From contig NC_086108.1 of assembly GCF_963921235.1 (NCBI RefSeq), positions 109,866,001 through 109,930,000 of the forward strand: DNA of 64,000 nucleotides. Reading direction: 5' to 3'. This document shows positions 26,665 to 39,540 of the stretch, in pieces (the first letter of the stretch is position 1; the number at the start of each line of letters is the position of its first letter). Made by a program: the position numbers and the translations under genes. The DNA is from Mobula hypostoma. Its lineage: Eukaryota. The notes under the pieces are model-generated. The model had not been told where the DNA came from. It searched no databases and worked only from the letters and a program-made list of their open reading frames with translations.

Positions 26665-26812
26665 CAGCTCCTCTCTCCTCCTCTGGAGCGAGTGTCTCTG
26701 CTTCTCCCACTCGGAGGAGGAAGGTGACAGGCGCTTTCCTGTCCCCTGGCCATACAGCCGCCTCTGGGCCTCTGCCTTCTGCTGAACGAGGTTCTTCCTG
26801 CGATCACTGGTG
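26665..26812 (-). CDS. TTLL7: TTLL7 internal exon (148 bp): TSDRRKNLVQQKAEAQRRLYGQGTGKRLSPSSSEWEKQRHSLQRRREEL
   Basis: QKAEAQRRLYGQ of the TTLL7 cationic microtubule-binding region. Acceptor tgctccag, donor CTG|gtaaga. Confidence 0.95.
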
Positions 26813-26872
26813 CTGGAGCAGAGAAACACAAGGCCTACTGACCCAGGGAACAGCGAGGCAGACGGAGAGCAT

Positions 26873-27009
26873 GGCGAGGCCGATGGAAGGGGTCGGCGAG
26901 GCAGCTGGAAGGGGTCAGCGAGGCCGATGGAAGGAGGCAGTGAGGCCGATGGAAGGGGGAAGCAAGGTTATTGGAAGGGGTCGGCGAGGCCGATGGGAGG
27001 GTTCAGCGA
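26873..27009. repeat. About 22-bp minisatellite GCGAGGCCGATGGAAGGGGTCG, about 6 copies
   Basis: Direct tandem units visible in the sequence. Confidence 0.85.
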
Positions 27010-27565
27010 TACAGGGGAAGGACGGCAAGGCTGAAGGAGGGAGACACAACTCAAACCCAACCCATTCCTCAAGGGAGGCCAAACATGTCAGGGATGGGAC
27101 TTCTGAATTATTCTGGTGCCCAAGGAGGCTACTCAGTCCGTCAACCATTGGCAGATGCTGGAACACTTCATACTATAGCCCTGCCAATGTTCTAAGTTCC
27201 TAAAGCACAGTTCTTGGCTCACTCAACCCCCACACTGATTCTCCCCCACATACAATGACCTCACCCCACACACTAACCCCATCCCTTGTGCATTGACTCA
27301 CTCTCTCCCACACAGTCCCTCCCTCACTCTCATACACACACTCTCTCCTTCCCTCCTCCTCCCTCACATACAGGCTCCTCTCTCCACAGATGCTGGTTGA
27401 CCCACTGGGTTCCTTCAGCAGTTTGTATTTGGTCTCCCTCTTTGCCTCTCCCTCAATCATTTGTGTTCTCTGAGAACCACTGCCTCAAAGGCGGGCGTGG
27501 AGACCTCTTCAGGTCAGCAACGCCGCTCAAACAACAAGCGGACCTTGCGTTTCATTGTAACTTAC

Positions 27566-27660
27566 CGCACATTCAACAGCTTCAAGGCGTGGACCAGGAC
27601 TCCCTTCTTCACATCGTAGTCTATCTTCTGATCTGTTCCAAAGCTCGGAGCTCGGTTAAT
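27566..27660 (-). CDS. TTLL7: TTLL7 internal exon (95 bp): INRAPSFGTDQKIDYDVKKGVLVHALKLLNV(R)
   Basis: Continues the E-I-N motif. AAG acceptor after a long pyrimidine tract, donor CG|gtaagt. Confidence 0.95.
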
Positions 27661-28639
27661 CTTGCGGTCGGGATGGGAGAGAAGTGGAAAGAAAACGTTC
27701 TTGAAGAGCAGCTGTTTTGCTAAATTCAAGTTTGAAGATTGTTTAACGGCATTTCCAGTGTACAAGTGTAAAGGAAAATGAAATAATTGTTACTCCGGGT
27801 CTGATGCAGCACAAAAAACACAAAAGATAAAGAACACAATAATAATAAAAACACAATAAATATAAATACGTAAGATAGCTGATATGCATCGACTGATTAT
27901 ATGTCCATAAAGTGATGCTAGGCACAGGAGTGTCTGTACATAAGTGACTCTGATAGGAAATGATAAAGTAGTGGTGGATGGGGGTATGGAGGGGTGGGCT
28001 AGTGGGTGGAGGTGTTGATTGGCCTTACTGCTTCGGGAAAGTAACTGTTTTATGGTCTGGTTGTCCTGGTGTGGATGTTACATAGCCTCCTTGCTGATGG
28101 AAGTGGGGCAAAAGTCCACGAGAGGGTGGGTGGGATCCTTCATGATGTGACTGGCCCTTTTCTGACACCTCTCTGTACATATGCCTTGATGATGCGTAGG
28201 CTGGTGCCGATGATGCATTGGGCAGTTTTGACATCCCATTGTCGAGCATTCCTGACTGCCACAGTGCAGGTTTTTAAAAGTTCAAAAAATGAGTTCAAGA
28301 AAGCTCATTCGCGTGGTGGAACTAGTCAATCAGCCCATGACTCTATCAGACTCCCATTAGGTCAGGAGAGGTGGCCAGCAGCTATACTTCATTAGGAGAT
28401 TTAGTATGTCATCAAAGATTTCAGCAGGTTTCTACAGATGTAATGTGGAGGCCGTTTGCATCACCATCTGACATGGGGGCACCAATGCACAGGAGTGGAA
28501 AAAGCTGCAGAGAGTTGTAAACTCAGCCAGCTCCATCATGGGCACTAGCCTCCCCAACATTGAGGACATCTTCAAAATACAATGCCTCAAAAAGGCAGCA
28601 TCCATCATTAAGGACCCCCATCACCCAGGACATGTCTTT

Positions 28640-29705
28640 ACAAGACAGCACAGCTCCAATACATTATTCAGGTTTGTTGATGACACCGCTGTTGTGGGCT
28701 GAATCAAATGTGGTGATAAATCAGCATACAGGAGAGAGATCGAAAATCTGTCTGAGTGGTGTCACAACAACAACCTCTCTCAATGTCCGAAAGACCAAGG
28801 ATCTAAATATCGACTTCGAGGGAGGGAAACCAGAAGTCCATGAGCCAGTCCTCACTGGAGGATCAGAGTTAGAGAGGGTCAGCAACTTTAAATTCCTGGG
28901 TGATATTATTTCAGAGGTCCTGTTCTGGGTCCTGCATGTAAATGCAATTGCAAAGGAAGCACAGCACTGCCTCTACTTCCTGAGGAGGCTGCAGAGATTT
29001 GCCATGACATTTAAAACTTCAACAAATTCTATAGATGTGTAGAGAGTATATTGACTGGCTGTACCACAACCTGGTATGGAAATGCCAATGTCTTTGACCA
29101 GAAAAATTCAACAAGAAGTAACACACATCAAAGTTGCTGGTGAACGCAGCAGGCCAGGCAGCATCTCTAGGAAGAGATGGTTCTTCAACAAGAAGTGGTG
29201 GATTTGGCCCAATACATCACAGGTAAAGTCCTCACAACCACTGAGCACTTCTGCATGAAATATTGCTGTAGGAAAGCAACATCCATCCAGCCCGGCCCCA
29301 GGCCACGCTCTCTTCTCACTGCTGCCATCAGGAAGCAGGTACAGGAGCCTCAGGACCCACACCTGCAGCTTCAGAAGCACTTACTACCCCACACCATCAG
29401 GGTCCTGAACAAAAGGGGATAACTTCACTCAACTTCACTTGCCCCATCATTAAATTGTTCCCACAACCAATGATCTCACTTTGACTCTTTCTCTCATTAT
29501 TTCATGGTCTCGATATTTAGTGCTATTTATTTATATTTGTATTTGCACAGTCTGTTGTCTCCTGCACTCTGGTTGATCTTTCATTGATCCTGTTATAGTT
29601 ACTAATCTATGGACTTGCTGAGTGTGCCCATAAGAAAATGAATCTTAGGGTTGTATATGGTGTCATATATGTACTTTGATAATAAAATTTATTTTGAACT
29701 TTGAA
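28640..29705 (+). mobile_element. Rex1/Babar-type LINE 3' fragment, carrying a 64-bp PLE insert
   Basis: LNVRKTKDL.IDF...ERVSNFKFLG...LYFLRRLQRF remnants. Insert at 29120-183 is flanked by a 13-bp TSD TTCAACAAGAAGT. Confidence 0.8.
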
Positions 29706-29995
29706 CTTATGTAGAGACACTCCTGCACCTATCGTCACTTTATGTACATACATTACAATCAGTCTATGTATATGGGCTTATCCTACGGCTACATTTAATA
29801 GTTACTTGTACATTATGTTTAGAGGATTGCTTTTATCTTTGTATTTATTGTGTTTTTTATGCTTATTATGTTTTTTATCCTGCATCAGATCCAAGGTAAC
29901 AAACATTTTGTTCTCCTTTACTCTTGCACCGAAGAATGACATTAAACAATCCTGAATCTTGAATAAGTAAATCTGAACTTGATCCCGACACTCAC

Positions 29996-30154
29996 CTCCA
30001 GGAGCCACGGTTTCAGCTTCCGATCCAAGATGATATCGAAGCCGAGCACCTCGAAGCAAACACTGCTACTGCCGGGGTGTTGTCCAGGCCGACACATCCG
30101 ATAGGCATGCAGAACGTGGGGCTCTGCCACTATCAGGGTCTTCACCACAAGCTC
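29996..30154 (-). CDS. TTLL7: TTLL7 internal exon (159 bp): ELVVKTLIVAEPHVLHAYRMCRPGQHPGSSSVCFEVLGFDIILDRKLKPWLLE
   Basis: CFEVLGFD and PWLLE catalytic motifs. Acceptor ccttag, donor GAG|gtgagt. Confidence 0.97.
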
Positions 30155-31342
30155 CTAAGGTGAGGCAAAGGCTTCTGTTAGAGGAACTACCCGCCACAGC
30201 CCTGGGAGCTCCGCAATGCCACAAGAGGCTGCAGAGGGATTGTACTGAAACCTACCAAATATTGAAAGGCCTAGATAGAGTAGATATGAAGAGAATGTTT
30301 CCTAAAGTCTAGAACCGGAGGACACAGCCTCCGAATAGAGGGATGTCCCTTTTAAATGGAGATGAGAAGGAAATTCTTTAGCCAGAGGTGGTGAGTCTGG
30401 AATTCATCGCCACAGGTGGCTGTGGAGGCCAAGTCATTGAGTATATTTAAAGCAGAGGTTGATAGGTTACAGGGAGAAGGCAGGAGAATGGGGTTGAGAG
30501 GGATAATAAATCAGCCATGATGGAACAGCAGAACAGACTCGATGGGCTGAATGTACTAATCCTGCTCTTATGTCTTATGGACTTATGGGTTGTAGACGCA
30601 ACCAGCTCCATCGCCGGCACAACGGTGCCCAATATCATGGAGACCAAATGAGGCAGCATCCATCATTAAGGACCCCCACCATCCAGGTTGTACATTCTTC
30701 TCATTAAAACCAGCAGGGAGGAGATACAGGAGCCTGATGACACACACCCAATGTTTTAGGAACAGCTTCTTTCCCTCCACCATCAGATTTCAGAATGGAT
30801 AATGAATCTTTGTAAACTACCTCTGTGAAATTGAAATATTCAGTCCTGATGAAGGGTCTCAGTCCAAAACATTTAATGTTTATTCCTTTCCACAGATGTT
30901 GCCTGAGCTGCTGAATTCTCCCAGCATCATCGTCTGGCACGAAGAGACGGCTGCACAGGATCGGAAAAAGCTGCAGAAAGCTGCAAACTCAGCCAGCTCC
31001 ATCATGGGCACCTGGCTCCTCAGCCTCAAAGACATCCTCAAAAGGCAATGCCTCAGAGAGGCAGCACCTATCATTAAGGTCCCCCGTCACCCAGGACATG
31101 CCCTCTTCTCATTGCTGCTATCAGGGAGGAGGTACAGGAGCCTGAAGACACACACTCAACGATTCAGGAACGGCCTCTTCCCCTTTGTAATCAGATTTCT
31201 GAATGGACAATGATCCCATGAACACGACCCTGGTATTCCTTTTTTCATTTGAACTATTTGTTTTATAATTCATAGTAATTATTTATTTATTGGGATACAG
31301 TGCAGAATAAGCCCCTCACCCAGCAATACTCTAATTTAAGTA

Positions 31343-31634
31343 AAGGCATCCGTTAGTCTTGCAAGACCATGGATCTGCACCTAGAAAGTCTTCACTCTGG
31401 GCAAGGTTGTATGGAAGACTGGCAGCTGCCCATGCTGCAAGTCTCCCCTCTCCACGACACCGATGTTGTCCAAGGGAAGGGCACTAGGACCCATACAGCT
31501 TGGCACCAGTGTCATCGCAGAGCAATGTGTGATTAAGTGCCTTGCTCAAGGACACACACGCTGCCTCAGCCAAGGCTCGAACTAGCGACCTTCAAATCAC
31601 TAGTCCAATGTCTTAACCACTTGGCCACGTGCCC
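31343..31634 (-). mobile_element. Same tRNA-derived SINE family, nested in a V-SINE
   Basis: Reverse-complement copy of 52797-53109 with an internal deletion. Confidence 0.82.
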
Positions 31635-31987
31635 ACACCCTGATTTAACACTAGCCTAAACACAGGACAATTTACAATGATCAATTAACACCAACCGGTA
31701 CGTCTTTGGACTGTGGGAGGAAACCGGAGCACCTGGAAGAAACCCACGTGGTCATGAAGAGAACATACAAACTCCTTACAGATAGCGGTGGGAACTGAAT
31801 CCCGGGTTGCCAGTCTGTAAAGCATTGTGCTAACCACCATGCCACCCTATTTTATGTCTCTCTACTGTACTGCTGGCACTAAACAACACAGTCCACGTGA
31901 ACCTGATTCCGACTCGGACCTGGGCTGCCTTCCTGTTGTGGGATATCTGTCCCCTGAGGACTTCAAATAACAGTTAGAACTACACAG

Positions 31988-32018
<31 letters not shown>

Positions 32019-32565
32019 ATGCTGGAGGAACTCAGCAGATTGGCTATCATTTATGGGCGGGGAATACAGAGTCAACATTTCAGACCAAGACCCTTCATCA
32101 GGACGAGGCATAAAACGTTGACTGTTCATTCCCCTCCATAGGTGCCGCCTGACCTGCTGAGTTCCTCCACCATTGTGGGTGTGGTGCTCTGAGTGCCAGC
32201 ATCTGCAGAATACCAAGTGTTAGAACAGTTCAACACAGGAACTGACCCTTCTGACACAAAGCTGTGCCAAACTAGTTAAACCAGGAACTAAACGGCAAAC
32301 TTCTGTCTCCACAATAATATCCCTCCATTCTCTGAACAGTCATGTCCCTTTCTGAGGGCCTCTTAGTCACTTCTAATGTATCTGCCTCCACCACCATCCC
32401 AGGCAGCACACTGCAGGCACCCTCCACTCTGTGTAAATTCTTGCCTCACATATTTCCTTTGAACTTACTCCCTTCTCACCTTAACTGCATGCCCTCTGGT
32501 ATTAGACATTTCTACCCTGGGGGAAAACATACTGGCTGTCTATTCTTGGGTCAGCATGTTGGACC

Positions 32566-32734
32566 CACTGACCACTGGAATCAGTGTGAAGGGAATACTG
32601 GCCACTGGGGCCAGTGTGTAAGGACCTCTGACCACTGGGATCAGGGTGTAGGTACACTGACCATTGGGGTCACATGTAAATAACACTGACCACTGGGGTG
32701 AGCATATAGAGAACATTGACCACTGGGGTTAATG
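32566..32734. repeat. Tandem array of six 29-30-bp self-complementary units
   Basis: Units start at 32566, 32596, 32626, 32655, 32684 and 32714. Consensus CACTGACC ACTGG GGTCAGTG. Confidence 0.85.
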
Positions 32735-32909
32735 GTCCCTACAAGGTGGGTCAAGCTCAGATCAACATTGATCTTACCTCACGACAGTGCCAGCTCCCAT
32801 TCCCATTCCTACTATTATTTTTAACGATTAGTTTTATCTGTCATATGTATATCAAGACACAGAGTGAGACATGCCGTCTGGCTCAATAATCATTGGCTCA
32901 ATACCTGTA

Positions 32910-34040
32910 AACCTGTTGGCTCACCCTCAACTCTATAATACTGGTTCTATCCCCCTGCCATATTAGCTTAAACCACTTCCAACAGCTCCAGTAAACCTGC
33001 CCACAAGTATATCTGTCCCCCTTGGATTCAAGTGCAACCAACCCCTTTTATACAGGTCCCACCTGCCCAGAAGAGCTCCCAATTATCCAGAAATCCAAAT
33101 CCCTGCCCCCTGCTCCAATTCTTCAGCCACGCACTCATCTACCACCTCAATCTTTTCCTTTCCTCACTGTCGTCTGACACAGGCAGGAATCCTGAGATTA
33201 CTCCTCTTGAAGTCCTGCTTCTCAGCTCCCTTCCTAATTGCCTGTATTCTTTTTTTTAAGACCTCCTCCCTTTTTCTACCCATGACTTCTGACTGTACAC
33301 CCTGTTCACAGCAGGTAGTGAAGAAAGCTAATGGCATGTTGGCCTTCATAACAAGATTGGAGCTACTGGGCTTGTATGCACTGGAATTTAGAAGGATGAG
33401 AGGGGATCTGATTGAAACATATAAGATTACTAAGGGATTGGACAAGCTAGAGGCAGGAAACATGTTCCGGATGTTGGGGAAGTCCAGAACATAAGGGGTA
33501 GGCCATTTAGAACTGAGTTGAGGAAAAACTTTTTCACCCAGCGAGTTGTGGATCTGTGGAATGCTCTGCCTTAGAAGGCAGTGGAGGCCAATTCTGTGGA
33601 TGCTTTCAAGAAAGAGTTAGATAGAGCTCTTAATGAAAGCAGAGTCAAGGGATATGGGGAGAAGGCAGGAACTGGATACTGATTGTGGATGATCAGCCAT
33701 GCTCACAGTGAATGGCGGTGCTGGCTCGAAGGGCCGAATGGCCTACTCCCGCACCTATTGTCTATTGTCTATTGTTTCGCTTTTCAGGATATTGTGGACA
33801 TGATCAGAAACATCATCGACTCCGATACCTGGGAGGGAAACTACCATCTGTGTTTCTTTATCGCATCCACAGAATCACCTATCTGTCCCCACTAACTACA
33901 GAGTCCCCTCTTACTACTGCCATCCTCTTCAATTCCCTATCCTTCTGAGCCACAAGGCCAGACAGTGCCAGAGGCACAGTTGCTGTTACATCCCCCAGGA
34001 AAGTCATTCACCACACCCCACCCAACAGTACTCAAAACAG
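32910..34040 (-). mobile_element. CR1 ORF1 (SGNH/esterase-like) fragment, interrupted by a plus-strand CR1 3' fragment (about 33305-33775)
   Basis: Minus-strand remnants MGRKREEVL, GQGFGFLDNWELFW..DLYK.GLHLNPRGT, typical of CR1 ORF1 esterase domains. Confidence 0.7.
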
Positions 34041-34412
34041 GGACCAGCCCCTGATCCCATTCCTACTATTATTTTCAATGATTAGTTTGATCTGTCACGT
34101 GTACATCAAAACATAGAGTGAGATGCATCATCTGTGTCAATAACCAGCACAATTCAAGGGTGTGCTGGGGGCAGCCTGCAAAAGTCAGCAAAGATGTACA
34201 GTTAGGGCTACCCCACAACCCGCTAACCCTAACTGTACATCTTTGGAACGTAGGAGGACACCAGAGCTTCCGGGGAAACGCGGTCTCGTGGAGAATGTAC
34301 AAACTCATCACAGACAGCGCTGGAATTGAATGTGGATCGCTGATGCTGTAAAGCATTACGTTAATTGCTACGTGCCATTGCTGAAGGAAGCTCAGCGACT
34401 GACGATACTCAC

Positions 34413-34577
34413 AGAGACGTCATTCCAAAACTTCACCACGTCGTAGTCATTGTCCCGGAGGAACTCGGTGAACCACCTGATGGACCTCTTGCTGCCTCGG
34501 TCGGCCTGCTCCGCCCGGCCAAAGTTCTCATTGTGCTTATTGACGGAATAGTTGGTCAAGTGCATGAACAACTGGCT
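34413..34577 (-). CDS. TTLL7: TTLL7 internal exon (165 bp): SQLFMHLTNYSVNKHNENFGRAEQADRGSKRSIRWFTEFLRDNDYDVVKFWNDVS
   Basis: Hand translation (absent from the ORF track) gives the HLTNYSVNK TTL motif. Acceptor ttcgcag, donor TCT|gtgagt, phase 0/0. Confidence 0.96.
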
Positions 34578-37500
34578 CTGCGAAGAGCGGACGGAAAGGA
34601 AGGCCAGTTAGAACATGTCGAGAACCGTCACTCTGTCTACTATAGAAGGCAGGATCTCCCAGTAGATACCCATTTCAATTCAACTTCCCATTCCCATTCC
34701 CATTCCAACAGGTCAGTGCATGGCCTCTTCTATTGCCATGCTGAGGTCAAACTCAGGTTGGTGGAGCAACACCTCATATTCCATCAGTGTAGCCTCCAAG
34801 CTGACATGAACATCGATTTCTCCAAGTTACAAAAATTTTTCCTCCCTCTCACTGCTCTCTTTTTCCATTCCCTAATCTGGCTTCCCTCTCACCCCTTCTC
34901 TTCTCCTCATCTGCCCATCACCTCCCCCTGGATTTCCCTCCTCCTTCCCTTTCTCCCATCCTACCAGATCTTCCTCTTCTGTAAGGTTCCTTCTTCTTTA
35001 GCCCTTTACCTTTACCTTCTCCACCTATCCATGTTCACTCTCCAACCCACTCTATCTAGGCCTTCCAATATTTGATAGGCTACAATGATATCCCCCCCCC
35101 ACCATTCTTCCAAACTCCAGTGAGTACAGGCCCTGAGCCATCAAACGGTACTCATTCATTAATCCTTTGATTCCCAGGATCATTCTCTTGACCCTCCACT
35201 TGATCCTCTTCAATGCTAGCATGTCCTTTCTTGGATAAGAGGCCCAAAACTGCTCCCAATACTCAAATGTGGTCTGAAAGATGCCTCAGCATTGTGGGCT
35301 GAGACCCTTCATCTGGGGCCACAATTCACTCTGGCCACACACATACATAACGTGAACACAGACACTCCCTTTTCTCTTTCCCACTCCACCCCAACGCACT
35401 TCCACATCAAGTTCAAGGTCAAGTTTATTGTCACTCAACTCACTCACGTATACTGCCCAGGTACACAACACAGTAACGATAACTCACACACACAACACAA
35501 AGCGTAATATTATCACAGATAAGTTAACAAATAATAAAATATATTCCAGAAGATTGACAATTAGCCTAAGATGCATTTATGTCACAGTTTAAAAAGTAAA
35601 CAGAATAAGTCTACTGGTGCTTCATACGGGATGAGACCCAGGAGGTGGCAGAGAGTTCAATGTTCTCATAGCCTGGGGGAAGAATCTGTTTCCTATCCTA
35701 ACTGTCCTGGTCCTAATGCTACGATACCTTCGGCCTGATGGTAGGGGGTCAAAGAGATTGTGGGAGGGGTCACTGACTCTGCATATGCAGCACTCCTGAT
35801 AAGTATCTCAGATGGGTGGAAAAGAGACCTCGATGATCCTCCCAGCCGTCCTCGCAATTCTTTGCAGGGACTTGCAATCAGATGCTGTGCAATACCACTG
35901 TTGGCACCGCAATGTACTGTAATGCAATTATTTGAATGTGCAGCCTCATCTAATGCAACTGATAGCCTTAAGGTATATGAGGACATTGACAGGATTTGAA
36001 GGACTAGGTTTTAGGGAAAGGTTGGTCAAGCCAGGACTTTAATGCTTAGAATCTGAGTAGTAGTGTTATACAGGTCTATAAAATCAGCAGAAGCATAGGT
36101 AGGGTGAATGCACGCAGTCTTTTCCACAGGTCAGCAGAATCAAGAGCCAGAGGGCATAGGACAGCGGACCCCTTGGTTAATGGTAGGGGTCCATGGCATA
36201 AAAAAGCTTGGGAACCCCAGGCCTAGGATTAAGTGAGAGGAGAAATATTTGATAGGATCTTGGTGGCAAATACATGGAATAATCTTCCAGAGGAAGTTAA
36301 TGAAGCAGATAAAATAACAACATTTAATAGACATTAGGTCAGATACACAGATAGGGGAGGTTTAAGCAAGGATATAATGTTGAGGCTGTATAAGGCACCG
36401 GTGAGGCCTCCCTTGGAGTATTGAGAGCAGTTTTGGGCCGCTTATCTAAGAAAGAATGTGCTGGCATTGGAGAGGGTCCAAAGGAGGTTCACGAGAATGA
36501 TCCCAGGAATGAAAGGGTTAACATATGAGGAGCATTTGATGGCTCTGGGCTCATACTTGCTGAAAGTCATAAAAATGAGGGGCATCTCATTGAAACCTAT
36601 TGAATTTGAAAGGCCTTGATAGAGTGGATGTGGAGAAGATGTTTCCTGTGATGGAGGAGTCTAAGACCAGAGGACACAGCCTCAGAATAGAGGGACATCC
36701 CTTTAGATTGGAGATGAGGATGAATTTTTTTGGCCAGAGAGTGGTAAACTGTGAAATGTGTTGCTACAAGCAGCTGTGGAGGCCAAGTCATTTAAGGCAG
36801 AGGTTGATAGATTCTTGATTGGTCAGGGCATGACAGGATACAGGGGTATGACAGGAGATTGAGGCTGAGAGGGTAAATGTATCAGCCATGATGAAATGAT
36901 GGAGCAGATTCAATGGGCAAAATATATCTTATGATTTTATGGTTGTATGGTTTAGAGGGATATGGGCCAAATGCAAGCAAATAGTTTAGAGAAGTACCTT
37001 GGATAGATGAATTAGGCTGAAAAACCCGTTTGCAAAGGGCATTTTTCTATTAAGAGTGTGACCAAAACCGAACATCATACTCCAAGTGCAACCGCACCAC
37101 GCTTCCCATCTCTGCCTCTCATAATGTTACACACTTCTATAGCAGGTCCTCCCTCATTCTCCTACATTCAAAAGAATAAAGACTTAGCCAGACCAACCGT
37201 TCCCTACAACTCAGGCCCCCTAATCCTGGCAACATCCTCGGAAATCTCTTCTGCACACTTTCCAGTTTAACCATGTCTTAAAGGTGCTCAAACCGGTACA
37301 CAGTGGGCCTCATTAGCAACTTGTACAACTGCAATATTACCTTCCAACTTCCATATTCAGTATCCCGACTGATGAAGGCCACTGCTCCAAAAGCATTCTT
37401 CACCACTCTGTCTGTCTGTGACTCTATTTTCAGTGAACTATTTGCTTGTACTCCAAGGTCCATCTGCTGTACAAGACTCCTCAGCAGCCTACTGTTCGCT

Positions 37501-39024
37501 ATGAAAGTCCTGCCTTGACTTGACCGTCCAAACTGCATCGCTTCTCACTTACCTAGATTAAGCTCTTTTGCCGTTCCTCAGCGCCTTTATCCAGCTGATC
37601 AAGATCTCATTGTGACTCTTGATAACTTCCATCTATCTGCACTAAAATGTACAAAGTCCATCACGGGTAAAGCCCTTCCCACCGTTGAGCACATCTACAT
37701 GGATGACTGTCTCAGGAAAGAGCATCCATCATCAAAGCCCCCCACCACTCGGGTCAGGCTTTCTTCTCGCTGCCGCCATCAGGAAGAAGGTATGGGAGCC
37801 TCAGGAGGCACACCACCAGGTTCGAGAACAGTTGTTATCCCTTAACCATCAAGCTCCTAAACCGGAGGGGATAACTTCATTCAACTACACTTGCCACATC
37901 ACTGAACTGTTCCCACAACCAATGGACTCACTGTCAATGATTCTTCAACTCATGTTCTTGATATTTAATGCTTTCTTATTTATTATAATTAATTTTTCCT
38001 TTTTCCCTTTCCTTTTTTGCAATTGCACTGTTTGTTAGCTTTTGCCCACTGGTTGTCCACCCTGTTGGTGTGGTGCTTTATTCATTCTATCATGGTTATT
38101 GGATTTATTGAGAATGTTCACAAGGAAATGGTGACATACATGTACTCCGATAATACACTTATTTTGAACTTTGAAACTGAAAGTGGATTTCAAAAGAAAA
38201 ACAAAGTGCTGGAGGAACTCAATGGCACAAGGGAGCTTGGGGTTCGAGTCCACAGCAAATAGAAAGATGCAACACAAGCAGATGGGTGGTAAGAAGGTCT
38301 ATGTCATCCTTGCCTTCATCGGATGGAGCAGAGATTATAAGAGACAGGAAGTTACATTGCAGCTGGATAAAATGTTGGTTTGGCTATACTTGGGCCATTG
38401 TGCAAAATTCTGGTCGCCCTATCATTGGAGCATTGTGGAGGGTTTGGAGCGGGTGCAGAAGAGGTTCACCAGCAGGCCGTCTGCATTAGAGGGCAAGTGC
38501 TGTAAGGAGAGACTGGACAGTCTCAGGCTGTTTTCTCTGGCGTGGTGGAGGCTCACAGGGGAGCTGACAGAAGTTTGTAAGATTAAGATTGAATAGGTTA
38601 GGACTTTATTCCTGAAAGGTAGAAGATTGAGGGGAGATTTGATAGAGGTGTATAAAATTATGAGGGGTATACACAGGGTAAATGCAAGCAAGATTTTTCC
38701 ACTGAGGTTGGGTGGGACTACAACTAGAGGTCATAGGTTAAGGATGAAAGGTGAAGAGTTTAAGGGGAACACGAGGGGAAACTTCTTCGCTCAGAGTGTG
38801 GTGAGAGTGTAGAACGAGCTGCCAGCGCAAGTGGTGCATGCGAGCTTGATTTCAACGTTGAGAAGCTTGGATAGGTACATGGACGGTAGGGGTATGGAGA
38901 GCTATGGTCCCAGTGTATATTGATGGGAGTAGGCAGTTTAAATAGATGGGATGGACTAGATGGGCCAAAAGGCCTGTTTCGGTGCTGTAGTGATCTATAA
39001 CTCTATGACTCATTTTTTAAAGAT

Positions 39025-39308
39025 TTTATTTAATTGAGATAGAGCACAGAATAGGCCCTTCCGGCCCTCCGACCTGCGCCGCCCGGCAATCCTCAGATAT
39101 TAATCTAGCCTAATCACGGGGCAAATTACAATGACCAATTAACCTACTAACCGGTACATGCTTGGACTGTGCGAGGAACCTCGAGCATCCGGAGGAAAGC
39201 TACGGGGTCACAAGAAGGACGTTCAAACTCCTTACTGGCAGTGGTGGGAATTGAACCCCCATCGCTGGTACTGTAAAGTGCTGTGCTAACCACTATGTTA
39301 CCGTGCCA
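39025..39308 (-). mobile_element. V-SINE (HE1-like), near full length
   Basis: Reverse complement of the family described at 1174-1449. Confidence 0.8.
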
Positions 39309-39540
39309 CCTCATGAGAGACAGTATCTTTTTCCCCAGGATCAATGTCAGAGGTCATAAATGTAAGCTGATAGGAGAAACTTTTAAAGGAGATGTGCAAG
39401 GCAATTTTTTTTTAATTACAGAGTGGCGGGTGCCTGGAGCAGACTGCAGGAGCGGTGGCAGAAACAGACAGGAGAGTGGTATTTAAGAGATATTCGGACA
39501 GGCAAATAATTATGCAAGGAATGAAGGAAAGAGAAGGAGC

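Noticed and set aside
34365..35075. 236-aa plus-strand ORF
   Set aside because: Chimera of the antisense of a TTLL7 exon and a Penelope remnant.
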